From Blepharisma stoltei ATCC 30299 (Eukaryota; Protista; Ciliophora), in NCBI GenBank assembly GCA_965603825.1, contig CBFDEM010000052.1:62001-126000 (forward strand): a stretch of 64,000 nt of DNA. The letters are read 5' to 3'. The translations under genes were made by a program, and so were the position numbers. Within the stretch, counting starts at the first letter, position 1. Every line of letters starts with the position of its first letter. Below are positions 12,421 through 24,172 of this stretch, one piece after another. The notes beneath the pieces were generated by a model. That model was not told the origin of the DNA and did no database searches. It saw nothing but the letters and a program-made list of their open reading frames with translations.

Positions 12421-14658
12421 ATGAGTAGGAGGTTTTTAGAAGAATGAGATTCAATAATTTTGGAGCATTCGGCAAATTTTAAAAGTCCAAGCATTCCCAA
12501 TTCAAGAAACTCCACCTGCACCGTCACCTCAGAGGAAAATTTCGACACAAAATTCCCAGACTGGGAGTTAATCAACGACAAAACTTTTTCGCGGCTTCAA
12601 TCACTTCTTGAAGAACAAGACCGAGCCTATTTAGACAAAAAAACAATCCAGCAAGCCAAACGAATATTAATGGCGGACAAAGACATCCCAATAGAAGCCG
12701 CAAACTCCTTAATCCACACAATTGAAAATTTAATCTCCCAAGAAAAGAAATACCTTAACCAAAGGAAATCTGACCTTTCTCTTATTTCAACCCACCCTAC
12801 TACTCCAAAATCCACATTTTCCCCATTTAGTGCTGGGACTCCTATAGAGATGTGAGACGAGCCTGATAAAGAAAAAGAAGAGCTCTATATCAGGTTCAAA
12901 AATCTTTATGACTTTTTAGTATTTTTGTACCACCAGCAAACCGAAAAACGAAACTCAGTAAGATCTGCCTCAATCCAAGCTGATTTAAAAACTCAAAAAC
13001 CTATGGATTTATCTGTAAAAGATTTAATTGAGACTGATATCCCACGTTGTTCTCGGTATTCTCAAACAGTTCCTGAACCAAAAGACAATTCTATCTATAA
13101 TAAAGCTGCCAAGCTTGAACAGGACAATATTGCTTTAATTTCCCAAAATTCTGATTTAAAAGAAAACTTGGAAATTATGCAGTTTGAGTTAAAAAATACA
13201 ATAAAATTGCTTGAAAAATGCAAGAAATTCAAAATAAAAACAGAAGAGCTTATGAATGATTTAGACGAGGAATTAAAATCAATTAAAGAAAGCTTGGAAA
13301 ATCAAGAGGTTGGTGAGGAGGAGTATTGGTGTGGAGTCAGCGAAATTATTGGAAATGCTGTAGATGAATTTAATGAAGCAAATGAGGAGTATGAGGAAGA
13401 AAGCAATTATGAAGCAGAAATTGAGAGCAAAAAAGATGAAATTATTGGTCTATTGCAGAATAAAGTAGAAGAACTGACTGAGGTTTCTAAAGGATATAAA
13501 GAATTTTCTGATAAATTAGCAGAGGAGCATCAATATTTGCTTGAAAAAATGAGCAGAGAAGTAAATAATAGTGAAATTCAATGCGACTTGGAAAAGGAGA
13601 GTGATAAGCCAATAATTGATAATAGTAAGGAGCTTCTTGAAAAGGATAAAAAAATAGAAAAGCTAGTCCTTGAAAACACAGAAATTTCCCAAAAATACAC
13701 CTTCATGCAAAGAGAACTAGAAGAAATGAAAAAATCAAACGAAGTCTACCAAAAACAGCTGCAGCACAAAGAAGAGGACTATAAAAATCTTTCTATTTCT
13801 CTCGCAAGTATAAGGCAAGATTTATCCAATAGAATTAAATCAGAAGAAGATTTGCTAGCTGAAAATAAACTTCTCTCTAGCCAAGTTAAAGCTTTACGTG
13901 AAAGCATGCCCGAAAAAAATGACAAAGTAAAAGTCCATTTATTAGAATGTGAAAACGAAAGCATGTCACGACAAATAGCAGCTTTAACAAAATCAAATTC
14001 AGCCCTACAAGAAAGCAATGCAAATCTTTCTGCTATCTTGTCTGACTCAAAAGGAAAAACAAAAAGTTTTGCTCAAACACAAGAAGAAATCAATATTTTG
14101 AAAAAAAAATTGAAAGAAAAAACTGATGACAGCAAAAGAATCCAATCAAGGATTAAACTGCTAGAAGAAGAAAGAAGTAATATGAAAAAGCAGCTAGATT
14201 TGCAAAAAGAAATAGAAGAAGAAACTAAATCAAGCAAAGATTTAGCATTAAAACAAAAATCACAAATGAAAAGAATGAAAGAAAAATGCGATTTTCTTGA
14301 AACTGAAAACAAAAAATTGGCAGAAAATTCAAATTTATCTCAAGAGCAGATTAATGAATTAAAACTTCAAATCGCAAAGCTTGAGAAAACAGTAATTGGA
14401 AAAGACAAAGTGATATTAGATTTTGATAAAAAAATGAGCATTTTGCAGATTGATATAAATAATAAAACAGATTTAATTGATGAGCTCAAAGACAAAATAA
14501 ATCAAAAAAATGAAGGGGAAAATGATCTGCAAGAAGAAATCGACAGGCTAAAAGAAGAAATTAATAAATTAAAATCCAGTCAAGCTCCACTGCACAAAAG
14601 TAATCCAGAATCAGAAGACCATGCTTACTTTGAAGAATGGCTTTCTACTATAAGATAA
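12421..14658 (+). CDS. Coiled-coil protein (745 aa)
   Basis: ATG at 12421; track ORFs 12460 and 12925 are in frame, with two TGA=W; E/K/Q/L heptad-rich. Confidence 0.85.
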
Positions 14659-14716
14659 TGAAATATTTTTTGAATTTTATTTTAATCCGTTTTTAATTCC
14701 AATATTTTCATAAATT

Positions 14717-15340
14717 ATGCTGCAAAGCTACGAGCAAGACTTTCTGAAAATCCTAATAGAATGCCGAACAATCATCGTGAGGCCAGACAAAGACGCTCTC
14801 CTAAAGCTCCACAAAGACCTAAATGAAGCCCAAAAATTGCTAAAACAGATGGAATTTGAAGCCTCAATGATGCCTTTTATAGCAAAATCTCAATTGCAAA
14901 CTAGAATCAAAAGACATGAAGGCGACTGAAAAGAGCTGATGCAAAGAGTAAAAGAAGAAGAACGAAAAATCGCAGAAAATATCAACAGAGAAGTCCTAAT
15001 GGGACAAGCACTTAAAAATGAGCCAGTTCAAGACAAAAGGTTGACAGAGTCTCATAAGCTGCTAGCAGACCAAGGAGACAGGCTAGAACAAGGGAAAAAA
15101 ATGGCTTTGGAGTCTGAATCCATCGCAATCAACACTATGACCACACTAAAAATGCAGAGAGAACAGATTTACAGAGCTTCTTACGGCGCTCAAGATATTT
15201 CAGAAAATTTAGGGAAATCTAATAAAATGATAGCTGCAATGCACAGAAGGGCTCTGACGAATAAAATGATAATGATTGCGATCATTATTCTGCTGGTTAT
15301 GACTATTGTTGTTGTCTTTTATATGAAATTTCTTAAGTAA
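14717..15340 (+). CDS. VTI1: VTI1-family Qb-SNARE (207 aa)
   Basis: N-terminal YEQDF..EAQKLLKQMEFEA Habc, SNARE motif ALESESIAINTMTTLKMQREQI, MHRRALTNK plus C-terminal TM. One TGA=W at 14927. Confidence 0.9.
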
Positions 15341-15360
15341 ATAGAAAATTTATAGTAAAT

Positions 15361-16479
15361 ATGAGCAATGCAAAAGAGGTAGAAAAGATGTGTAGGGATA
15401 TTGACAGGAAAACTGGAAATGTGGATGAGTGTTTGAAAGTTATTAAAGAATCTATAGCAAAAAGAGTTCCAGGGCTTAATATGCTGTATAAAAATTATAA
15501 GCAATATTGGATATTGGTATATGAGTGTGGGCTAGAGCTGGAAAGTATAGAAGATGCAATGAATATTAATGAAAAAGACAGAGTAAATTATATTTTGTCA
15601 GCAAAGCCATCAAAGTTTGAGAAATGGGCAAAACTGCTTGATATTGCTGACGTTATTGAGTATATAGAATCTCAGTCAAAAAATTATTTAATTCTACTCA
15701 ATAAATTGCCAAAGACTGACCAATATGATAGCGCTGTCCAAGACTCCTTATTAAAAACACTTATATTTCATCCTCATCCTGAAGAATTTGCGAAATCGCC
15801 GATAAAACTCCACAAGTTACCAAATGAAGAATCCCTTTCAAAAATGCGCCTTGAAAATATGCAAGTTTTACTCGCAATAAGTGAGCCTATAATAACAGCA
15901 AATTTATTGGATTTTTATAATAAAACAGCTCAAAACCATTATTTTGAAGACTATATAATTTCAAACTACCATGACCTAGGCACAGCTTTGGTACAAAACC
16001 AGACAGAAAATTTACTAGAAACATTAGAATACACAGTTAGTTTAGACAATATTCAAGTAATCCTGCATATTTTGAGCCATTATTCTATTGAATTATCATC
16101 TAAATGTTTTTACTTTGCAGCGAAAAATGCTTTAATTGAGTATATGGCCCCCCCTTGTATTTCTCAAAGGCTTCTTCCTTATGAAATGGAGTCTTGCTTG
16201 GACGCTATGAACTCTGATGAGCTTTCTGAGCTGAAAAAATTTATTTTTAGCAAGATGTTGTCTATAGATTCACAAAACTCGATGGGAAAACTTATACAAA
16301 GTAGAGGAGTTGACTGCTTTATGGAGCTTGAACTGAGCGAATTCAAATTAAAGTGGATAAAAAAGCTAAATGAAGATCAGCAAATAGAAATGCTGCATGC
16401 AAAGAAGATTGAAGACGCAATTGAGGTTGTAGGAGCTTTTCATGCAAGCTTAGAAAAACAAAAAAACTTAATGAGTTAA
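15361..16479 (+). CDS. Hypothetical helical protein (372 aa)
   Basis: Long ATG-TAA ORF; no motif recognised. Confidence 0.8.
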   Translation: MSNAKEVEKMCRDIDRKTGNVDECLKVIKESIAKRVPGLNMLYKNYKQYWILVYECGLELESIEDAMNINEKDRVNYILSAKPSKFEKWAKLLDIADVIEYIESQSKNYLILLNKLPKTDQYDSAVQDSLLKTLIFHPHPEEFAKSPIKLHKLPNEESLSKMRLENMQVLLAISEPIITANLLDFYNKTAQNHYFEDYIISNYHDLGTALVQNQTENLLETLEYTVSLDNIQVILHILSHYSIELSSKCFYFAAKNALIEYMAPPCISQRLLPYEMESCLDAMNSDELSELKKFIFSKMLSIDSQNSMGKLIQSRGVDCFMELELSEFKLKWIKKLNEDQQIEMLHAKKIEDAIEVVGAFHASLEKQKNLMS

Positions 16480-16778
16480 TTATATATTTTTTTAGAAATT
16501 GAATTTTAATTAATCATAATAACGAAAAATTTATTCTTTATAGTTAATTAATTTAACAAGAATGAGCAGCTGATTTAGAGTGTTTTATAATAAAATCATG
16601 AAGAAAACATTTATCAAGCTGTTGATTGCTTTATAAAATAATAAATTAGAAAATTCAAGCCTATCAAAAATAATTAAAGTAAAACATCACATAATTGTAA
16701 TGAAAAATGCAAAATTGATATAAATAATTAATTGCAGTCATCATTAAATTAGTTTTTAATGCTAATTTTATATTATTA

Positions 16779-17924
16779 ATGGGAAACACATGCTGCACAG
16801 GAAGGCTTAATCATGGCCCATTACACAATGAAAAAGATAATATTAAAAATACCAGCAAAATTTCTCACAAAAGAAAGAAATCTCAGCACAAGTCGTTCGA
16901 AGAAAGAAGACCTTCCAAGCAGTTCAAAGGAAAATCTTCTCCAAAACACCTTAAAACTTCTTTAGAACTAAAAAAATTAGCGAAACAGTTAAACCAAGAA
17001 GCACCAAAGCATGTAAGATTCGAAAAAACTGAGTCAATAAGAAATGCTAATGAAGAAAAATTTAAAAGTGACCCTTTTGAAAGCCAAGAAATATTGCTCC
17101 ATTACCACTTAGAAGAAGCCTCAAACTACCGAAAAAGTGATCAACGAAAAATAATTCAAATTTTGGATAATTATCAAGGAGAATTAGAAGATGGAGAAAT
17201 CGAAAAATTGGATGGGATTTCTGACAAAGCTGATATGAAAGGAGAACTGGTCACCTTAATGTTTACAACTCATGCTATTTATATACTTGACCGGGAAGAC
17301 TGGACTAATATCATTAGAAGAATAAGTTATAAGTCGATAAAAGCAGTAAGTCTAGCGGAGAAAGATATAGCCATACTGTTTCATATTGACCCAAATGATG
17401 AGAAATACGATGATATTTTAATATCCAGTGAAAGCTATTTTGATATCATTAAAGCAATGGAGCAGCTTCATTATGAGATAACAGGAAATTATATCAGCTG
17501 AAATACAGTTGCTTCTAAAAACGAATTAGAGAACTTAATGAATAAGCCGCTTGCTGAACAATTTTCACAAGAAGATAAATTTTTAGCAAAAATAATAATG
17601 AAATACGGAGAAATAGGTGAAAAGAAATTGAATTTCCAAGCCTGCTCAACCATTTTTGAGTCAAATGATTACGATAAATATTTCCTATTTACGAACAAGT
17701 CTGTTTATATACTAAATCACGATTTCACGCTCGCAGTCAAACTTTTACTTGTAAATATCTATCAAATCGGCAAAAATTCACTGCAAAAATCAATCATTTT
17801 GTACAGTTCAAGCAAATCTTATTATGCCAAGCTACAATTAATGATATCCAAAGAAATAGCAGAAGCTGCTGTTTCAGCTGGAAATTGGAAAATAAAAGAA
17901 ATAGATCTTGAAACTGAGCCTTAA
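16779..17924 (+). CDS. Predicted N-acylated protein with myosin-TH1/PH-like domain(s) (381 aa)
   Basis: MGNTCC start. LMFTTHAIYILD..RRISYKSIKAVSL..ILFHI..DILI resembles the myosin-I TH1 PH-like fold. Two track ORFs joined by TGA at 17499. Confidence 0.7.
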
Positions 17925-17930
17925 AAATAA

Positions 17931-19208
17931 TTATTTTAATCTAAATCTGTCATATTTATCAATGACTATTTTTCCTTTTTTCCAAACTGCTGCTATAGGA
18001 GGGTCTGCCATTTGGTAAATTAAATGTTCCCATCTTTCTGCTTTGATAAAGACTAAGTCTGCATATTTTCTTGGCTCAATTGAGCCATATTCTTGGCTTC
18101 TCCCCATGCTGGCTGCTGCATTTAATGTTGAAGCTACAAGTGCTTCAGCCATACTGAGCCTGTAATTGACACAAGCCATGTGCATTGCTAAAGGCATTGA
18201 CAAACACCACATATTAGGATTGAAATCGGTCCCAATTGCGACAGGAACTCCATTAGCTATCATAGATCTTGCAGGGGGAGTTTTTAAGTGCAATAGATAC
18301 TGAGTTGTAGGGAGAAGAACCCCAATAACTCCAGCTTCAGCCATAAGAGGTATTGCTTGTTCACTTAAATTCTCTAAATGGCTCATAGCTCTCGCTTTAA
18401 CGCTTGCAGCTAACACCCCACTTTCCAAATACTCTATTTCTTCTCCATGGAAATTCGCCTCCAGTCCAATCCTTTTCCCAGCTTCCAAAATTGCTTTAGT
18501 TTCTTCTATTTCATATACATTTTTTTCACAAAATACATCAATCATTTCTGGGTTAATTTCACCGTTATCTTTTAACTGTTTTATCACAGGAATTTGGTGG
18601 TTTACTATATCATCCACCATCTCTTGTGCTGTTTTTCCTGGATTTACCGCATGCCCTGGCAAATAAGTAGCCACAAGATCAATTGTATGCTCCTCATTCG
18701 CCTTTTTAATGACTTTCAGCATTTTTACTTCAGAGTCAAGCTCTAGCCCATACCCAGATTTGGCTTCTGCTAAAGTTGTGCCAAATGCGAGCATTCTGTC
18801 AAGTCGTGGTATCAATAAGTTATAGAGTTCTTCTTCAGAGCTTTCTCTTACATGAGAAGTTGTAAAAGTGATGCCACCGCCTGCTGCTTGGATTTCCATA
18901 TAAGATTTTCCTTCAAGCTTCATAGCGAATTCATGCACGCGATCACCAGAAAATACGACGTGAGTGTGGGCATCTACGAGTCCTGGGATGAGGCACATAT
19001 CAGAGGCGTCATAGATTTCTGTGAAATTGTCTGGACTGTAGTGGGACAATATGTCATTGGAAGAGCCAAGCTCATAAATTCGTTCTCCTTGGATTATAAT
19101 GGCTCCATCTTCAATAATGTGGAGGTTTGACATATCGGTGCCAATTTTAAAAGACTGGTAAGAGTCTGAAATGCAGACAATTTGTCGGATGTGATTAATT
19201 AGGATCAT
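17931..19208 (-). CDS. AMDHD1: Imidazolonepropionase (amidohydrolase, histidine catabolism; HutI)
   Basis: PGLVDAHTHVVFSGDRVHEF, GGGI, GTTLAEAKSGYGL, DVFCEK, TDFNPN motifs. Confidence 0.96.
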   Translation of the reverse strand: MILINHIRQIVCISDSYQSFKIGTDMSNLHIIEDGAIIIQGERIYELGSSNDILSHYSPDNFTEIYDASDMCLIPGLVDAHTHVVFSGDRVHEFAMKLEGKSYMEIQAAGGGITFTTSHVRESSEEELYNLLIPRLDRMLAFGTTLAEAKSGYGLELDSEVKMLKVIKKANEEHTIDLVATYLPGHAVNPGKTAQEMVDDIVNHQIPVIKQLKDNGEINPEMIDVFCEKNVYEIEETKAILEAGKRIGLEANFHGEEIEYLESGVLAASVKARAMSHLENLSEQAIPLMAEAGVIGVLLPTTQYLLHLKTPPARSMIANGVPVAIGTDFNPNMWCLSMPLAMHMACVNYRLSMAEALVASTLNAAASMGRSQEYGSIEPRKYADLVFIKAERWEHLIYQMADPPIAAVWKKGKIVIDKYDRFRLK

Positions 19209-19294
19209 TTTTATTATAAAAGAGCAGCCAGTTTATAATGATTTTATTTTATATAGAATAGAAGTATTATTTTTGCTATTTCAAAAATATATAT

Positions 19295-21043
19295 ATGGCT
19301 GGTCTTTTTGACTTTTTTAAAATTGAAGACGGTGTGGCTGATGACCCTGACATTGAGCTTCGAAACCCTACCCAGCCCAAACGTAAGCGAAATCGAGAAA
19401 ACTACCGCAAGAAAAACCGCGAGCTAAAAGAAGCCCATGATCTCAGTACTCTCAGCAAGCCCATTGGCCGAGAAAATGACTCTGGAAATAGAGAATACAA
19501 ATGACGACTCATTGACCTGACCCCTGAAAGAATCCAAGAACTGACAACCCAAATGATTTTTCGGCTTGGCGAAGGAAAAGGAACTGCATACTATATGTTA
19601 GGTATAAATGATGACGGAATTCCAATAGGGATTTCTCCTGAAGAAATGAAAGAGTCTCTCAGCAATATCGAGGCCATCAGTTCTTCAGCGAACGCTGAAA
19701 TGAGAGTCCTCCGCACTGAAAGAGGCATTGATGGCGAAGTTGCTGAAGTCATGGTCAGCAAGTCAGACAGGGAGACTGTCATCATGGACATCAGGATCAT
19801 TCTGCTTGGCAAAGGAGGAAACGGGAAAAGCACACTAATTGGAGTCTTGACACAAGGCAAAAAAGATAATGGGAAAGGCTTGGCAAGAATGAATATATGT
19901 AAGCATAAGCATGAAGCACTGATGGGAAGAACTTGTTCAGTAAGCCAACATATTTTAGGATTTGACAGCCATGGGGATGTCACTAATTTTACGCATGGAT
20001 ACAGGAATTCTTCAAATTATATACTTGATAAGTCCTCAAAAATTATTACACTGATTGATCTGGCTGGGAGCGAAAAGTATGCAAATGCTGTGGTGTCTGG
20101 GATGTGCAGCCAGATCCCTGACTATGCTTTGCTAATTTTGGACGCCGCGTCTGGGTTTGATGAAATTTCTTTGGAGCATTTAAAATTGGCTGAGGCACTA
20201 AAACTCCCTTTGATGATTGTTATTACTAAAGTGGATAAAGCAAGCCAAGAAGAGCTCAACCGAACGCTAGACCAGCTAGATATATATGTAAAAGCCCTGA
20301 AAACCCATATAACTAATAATGAAGATATTGTTTTGATTAGCAAAATGTTCACAGAAGTTGGCCTTGTCCCGATTTTTCAAGTCTCCTGTGTGACTGGGAT
20401 GAATTTAGACATTTTAGGAAATTTTCTGAACTGTTTGCCTGTCTCAGATTCATGAGACAAAGAATCTGAAGCAGAAACAGAATTTTATATTGAAAGAGGC
20501 ATAGAAAAGGACGGGAAAAAAATACTCGGAGGGGTCGTTGTAAAAGGCAGCATTAATAAAGGCCAGAAAATGCTGCTGGGCCCTAATGATGAAGGAAGGT
20601 TCAGTATCGTCCAAATAAAAAGCATTCACTGTAAGCACGTCCCTGTCACAAGTGTCAGGGCAGGCCAATTCTGTGCATTTCAAGTTTACAACTGTGGAGA
20701 AGTCCGGTCAGGGATGGCCTTATTACACATAAATTCAACCCCTCGGGCTGCTTTTGAGTTTCAATGTGAAATAACTCCTATTGATAATGTAAATGGGGTT
20801 AGGAAGCTTAGCAATAATTACACCCCTTTAATTCATACGCAATTTATTAGACAGTGCGCAAGGGTGATTAGTGAAGAAGCTGAAGAGCCTATCGAAATTT
20901 TCCCAAACAAAGCCACAGTTTTGAAGCTAAGGTTCCTTTACCATCCAGAATACATTGTTCCTGGGACTAGACTTATGGTGAAAGATACCTTCATGACTGC
21001 GATAGGAAAGATTTTAAGTGTGGAATATATTAATTTCTCATAA
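19295..21043 (+). CDS. GTPBP2: GTPBP1/GTPBP2-family translational GTPase (582 aa)
   Basis: ENDSGNREYKW, TQMIFRLGEGKG, GKSTLIGVLT..DNGKGLAR..HKHE..GRT, IDLAGSEKY, TKVD, LRFLYHPEY. Three track ORFs in frame joined by TGA. Confidence 0.9.
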
Positions 21044-21165
21044 AATAATATAATATTTTAGGGCATTTTGGTAGAAAATCGAGCTTAGCTTGCCTTTGTA
21101 AATTTCGGTTTTTTTAGGGATATAGTAATTTTGCCAATTAAATATAATAACCTGGCGCCATTATA

Positions 21166-22188
21166 ATGGAAATTCAAGAAATCGTCTTGCAGATTATTTA
21201 TCAATCAGTTGAAAAGTCAGAAGCTTCTAATGTAATACTAGACTACTCATCAAGTTTTAAAAAGAAACGAAAAATCAAAAGAGTTCCTAAACAAGAGCCA
21301 GCCAAAAAGCAAGAAAATGAAAATGGGCTCACCCCTTTAGCTGATATTTTAAATTTAGACCCGAACTACAGCTGTAACCCTTTAATTGATGGCGTAAATC
21401 CTCGAGTAAGAAAAATTGAAGTAAACGAAGTTATTGAAATTCCTGAAAATCTTGATATTACCTCAGAAGAAATGAGCCTGAGAAAATACATGGACACTAA
21501 AAGATGGTTTTGTATGTCAAGACCACAATACCCCAAATCATGTGGTATCACTTCTCTAGTCTCTTGCTGGAACTTTTTATATAGCAATTTAGGACATGGA
21601 AATCTGCAACCTTTATCTCAAGAAAAAGCTCTAATAATTTTAGGAATTGAACCGCCTTTTCATGATATAAGGTTTGGGCCTTTTACGGGTAATAATACAC
21701 TTATCAATTGGTTCAATATTTTGAATTTGCATTTTGGGGTAAAAGGAAATGCTCATTTCTTTTGGAAACTCCATGGGAAAAATAGGACTGAAGGAATTGA
21801 TAAAGACCAAGCGCTAAAAGGCCTTATAGAAGGGCTGAGATCTACAAATAAGACTTATATTTATCATTGTTATAACCATTATATGTGCCCAATTGGATAC
21901 GAGCTTTCTCCAATGATACCAAGTGACGCTTATAAAAAATTAAACCAAATCAATCCTAGCGACATAAGACCTTTTATTATAATTGGAGAATGCTCAAAAA
22001 CCAGCCCAATCTTTCATGCAAAGAAATGGGATGATATTGTGCTTGATATAGACCAGCAAAATCCTCATTTTTATAATATAAGAAAGCCTGAGCTAGGAGT
22101 GCAGTCTTATCAGTCTGAGACACTTGTTTCAGGAAAAAAACTGGGCGGGAACATGCATTGTTTGATTGCTTTTGAAAGAATTGATTAG
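21166..22188 (+). CDS. BIVM: BIVM-like protein (340 aa)
   Basis: RWFCMSRPQY..SCGITSLVSCWNFLYS, FGPFTGN, YIYHCYNHYMCPIGYE, GGNMHCLIAF. Ends in TAG. Confidence 0.88.
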   Translation: MEIQEIVLQIIYQSVEKSEASNVILDYSSSFKKKRKIKRVPKQEPAKKQENENGLTPLADILNLDPNYSCNPLIDGVNPRVRKIEVNEVIEIPENLDITSEEMSLRKYMDTKRWFCMSRPQYPKSCGITSLVSCWNFLYSNLGHGNLQPLSQEKALIILGIEPPFHDIRFGPFTGNNTLINWFNILNLHFGVKGNAHFFWKLHGKNRTEGIDKDQALKGLIEGLRSTNKTYIYHCYNHYMCPIGYELSPMIPSDAYKKLNQINPSDIRPFIIIGECSKTSPIFHAKKWDDIVLDIDQQNPHFYNIRKPELGVQSYQSETLVSGKKLGGNMHCLIAFERID

Positions 22189-22322
22189 CTGAGTTTTTAC
22201 CTAATTACTAAATTACTTTTAAGAATTTATTGGGTTTTGGGATTTTATTATTATTTTTAGCATGGTTTACCCCATTTCTTATTAATTCAGACTATTGTTG
22301 ATATTAATCTAATATTGATGGT

Positions 22323-22961
22323 TTATATATTTCGCTTCTCATTGCTGAGAGGCAAGGAAACATTATTTCTTTCATTTTCTAGGCCCTTAAGCGCTTCAGC
22401 TTGAACTTTTGTGACAAATCTTCCTTTAATTCTTATTCTGCTGTCAGCGACCCTTTTTCTGCAAGCATAAGCAATTCTCTTCGAAAAGGTTCTCTTTTTT
22501 CTTTTTTCTAAATATTTTTCTATTTTCAATCTGCGCTCTTCTAGCGTTAAAGTCCCAATCTTTTTTGTGTTATCATATATAATTTGCGGCTTTGGCAAAA
22601 ACTGGCTTTCTAGATCAACTTTCTCATTTTGATTTTTAAATTGCATCTCGACGTTTTCTGGGTTCATCATAGGATAGTAGTCAAAAGATTGAGCCATAAG
22701 ACGTCTCATTTCTTGTGGGTCTTTGGGCATAAGGCTGGGATCCAGCATAAAAAGAAAATTTGGATCCCAAGACTCCATCTCGGGTACTGGCATCATAAAG
22801 TTGTCAATCATATCTTCTCGTTTGGGCATTTCTGGGTTTTCTGAGTCAAGAAAGAAGCCAGGGAAAAAGATTTGGGCCATTTCAGGTGGAACAAAAGGCG
22901 GCTCCTGTCCATCTGTTTCAAAGGCATCACGTTCACCTAAGAATGAATTGGGATCAAACAT
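22323..22961 (-). CDS. CCT-motif protein (212 aa)
   Basis: ERRLKIEKYLEKRKKRTFSKRIAYACRKRVADSRIRIKGRFV. Confidence 0.9.
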   Translation of the reverse strand: MFDPNSFLGERDAFETDGQEPPFVPPEMAQIFFPGFFLDSENPEMPKREDMIDNFMMPVPEMESWDPNFLFMLDPSLMPKDPQEMRRLMAQSFDYYPMMNPENVEMQFKNQNEKVDLESQFLPKPQIIYDNTKKIGTLTLEERRLKIEKYLEKRKKRTFSKRIAYACRKRVADSRIRIKGRFVTKVQAEALKGLENERNNVSLPLSNEKRNI

Positions 22962-23372
22962 AATGATAAATTATTATATTAATTCTTTTTTTATGAGGAC
23001 TTTTCTTATTGAAAGGCCTTAATTAGTTAAATTTGGATTACGGTGAAGAAAAGGGTTATTGTTTGTGGTGTTTGTTGCAAGTTGCATGATTGGCTAATAA
23101 CTTATAAATATGAGATATTTTGAAAATGCAGTCAAATTCGTGGAGTTGAAAGGCAAAATGGATTCCAGAATTAATCCCTAAAATTATAAGGAGTATTACT
23201 GGGCATCTGAAAAATAAAATTCATATTGTAGCCTAAACTAGTTAATGCTAAAGCCTTGGTCTGGCAAATATTTTAATAACGAGATATTAGTTTTTCTGTT
23301 TCGCTTAATTTTTGATAGTCCCATAATGATTTTACCAAAATTCTCAAATTCTGTATAAAGATTTTGAACACC

Positions 23373-24017
23373 ATGGTAAAAAAGATATAGGCTGAACGAC
23401 TTCTTAAAGATTCTGAAAAATTCAAAGACATGCCTTTAACCTTCCAAAAAATCCAAGACTCAGGCCTAATGAGCTCTCTCTATGATATAATTTCTGCAGC
23501 TCATGACCAGCTAAAAGAAAACCAGGACTCTCAAGATTTATTTAAAGTAATTGCAAGTATGCTAGTAGACGAAGTTTGGATTTCTAAAGAAAAAGCTAGG
23601 ATTGCGTCAAGGCAGTCCACGCCTAGAGAAGAAATGGCGGCAGTGCAGCATTTTCCAAATGAAGAAACCCAGCAAATGTCTATGCCATTACATAGTGTAA
23701 CTTCTGCAAGGAGTCATCAAAGCATGAAAAGTTCAATCTCACAACAAAGTTTGAGGACTTTGGGAAAGGAAGAATTAAATGTAAGAAAAAATTAGTCAGA
23801 GTTCTCTTATGGGAGAGGGTATTCTTTTGGAACTGACCCGAAATCTAAGCCAATTACCACAGCGATACCCGGACCTGGGACTTATAACCCGAAGCCAAGT
23901 AATAGGGCAAGCTCTCCTAGGGTTTCTATGGGGAAATCAGCCAGGCCTGAGCATTTTGTAAAGGAAACTTCGCCAGGAAATCTATATACGCCAAAATATC
24001 ACTATTTATCAAGATAA
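23373..24017 (+). CDS. SHIPPO/PGP-repeat (STPG/ODF3-like) ciliary or cytoskeletal protein (204 aa), two introns
   Basis: Splicing 23376-23390 and 23781-23795 gives one ORF ending ..GYSFG..IPGPGTYNP..SPRVSMGKSAR..SPGNLYTPKYHYLSR-TAA. Confidence 0.82.
23376..23390 (+). other. 15-nt intron GTAAAAAAGATATAG directly after the ATG
   Basis: GT..AG ends, A at position 10, in-frame TAG. Confidence 0.8.
23781..23795 (+). other. 15-nt intron GTAAGAAAAAATTAG
   Basis: GT..AG ends, A at position 10; its TAG is the track ORF stop; coding sequence continues in frame. Confidence 0.88.
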
Positions 24018-24172
24018 ATTATTTAAATACTATCAATTCTTATATTTATTATAAAAATAATAATTTATTTTTAGTTAAAACGCGCAGAATTTTTACAGTA
24101 AAATAGCTATAGAGAAAAATCTTTTTATATAATTAAATCTAATAAAAATTTATAGTAATTAATTTTCTTTGC

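Noticed and set aside
17931-19208. hutI as a recent bacterial horizontal transfer
   Set aside because: Eukaryotes have AMDHD1 orthologues, and composition matches neighbouring genes; nothing in the sequence indicates transfer.
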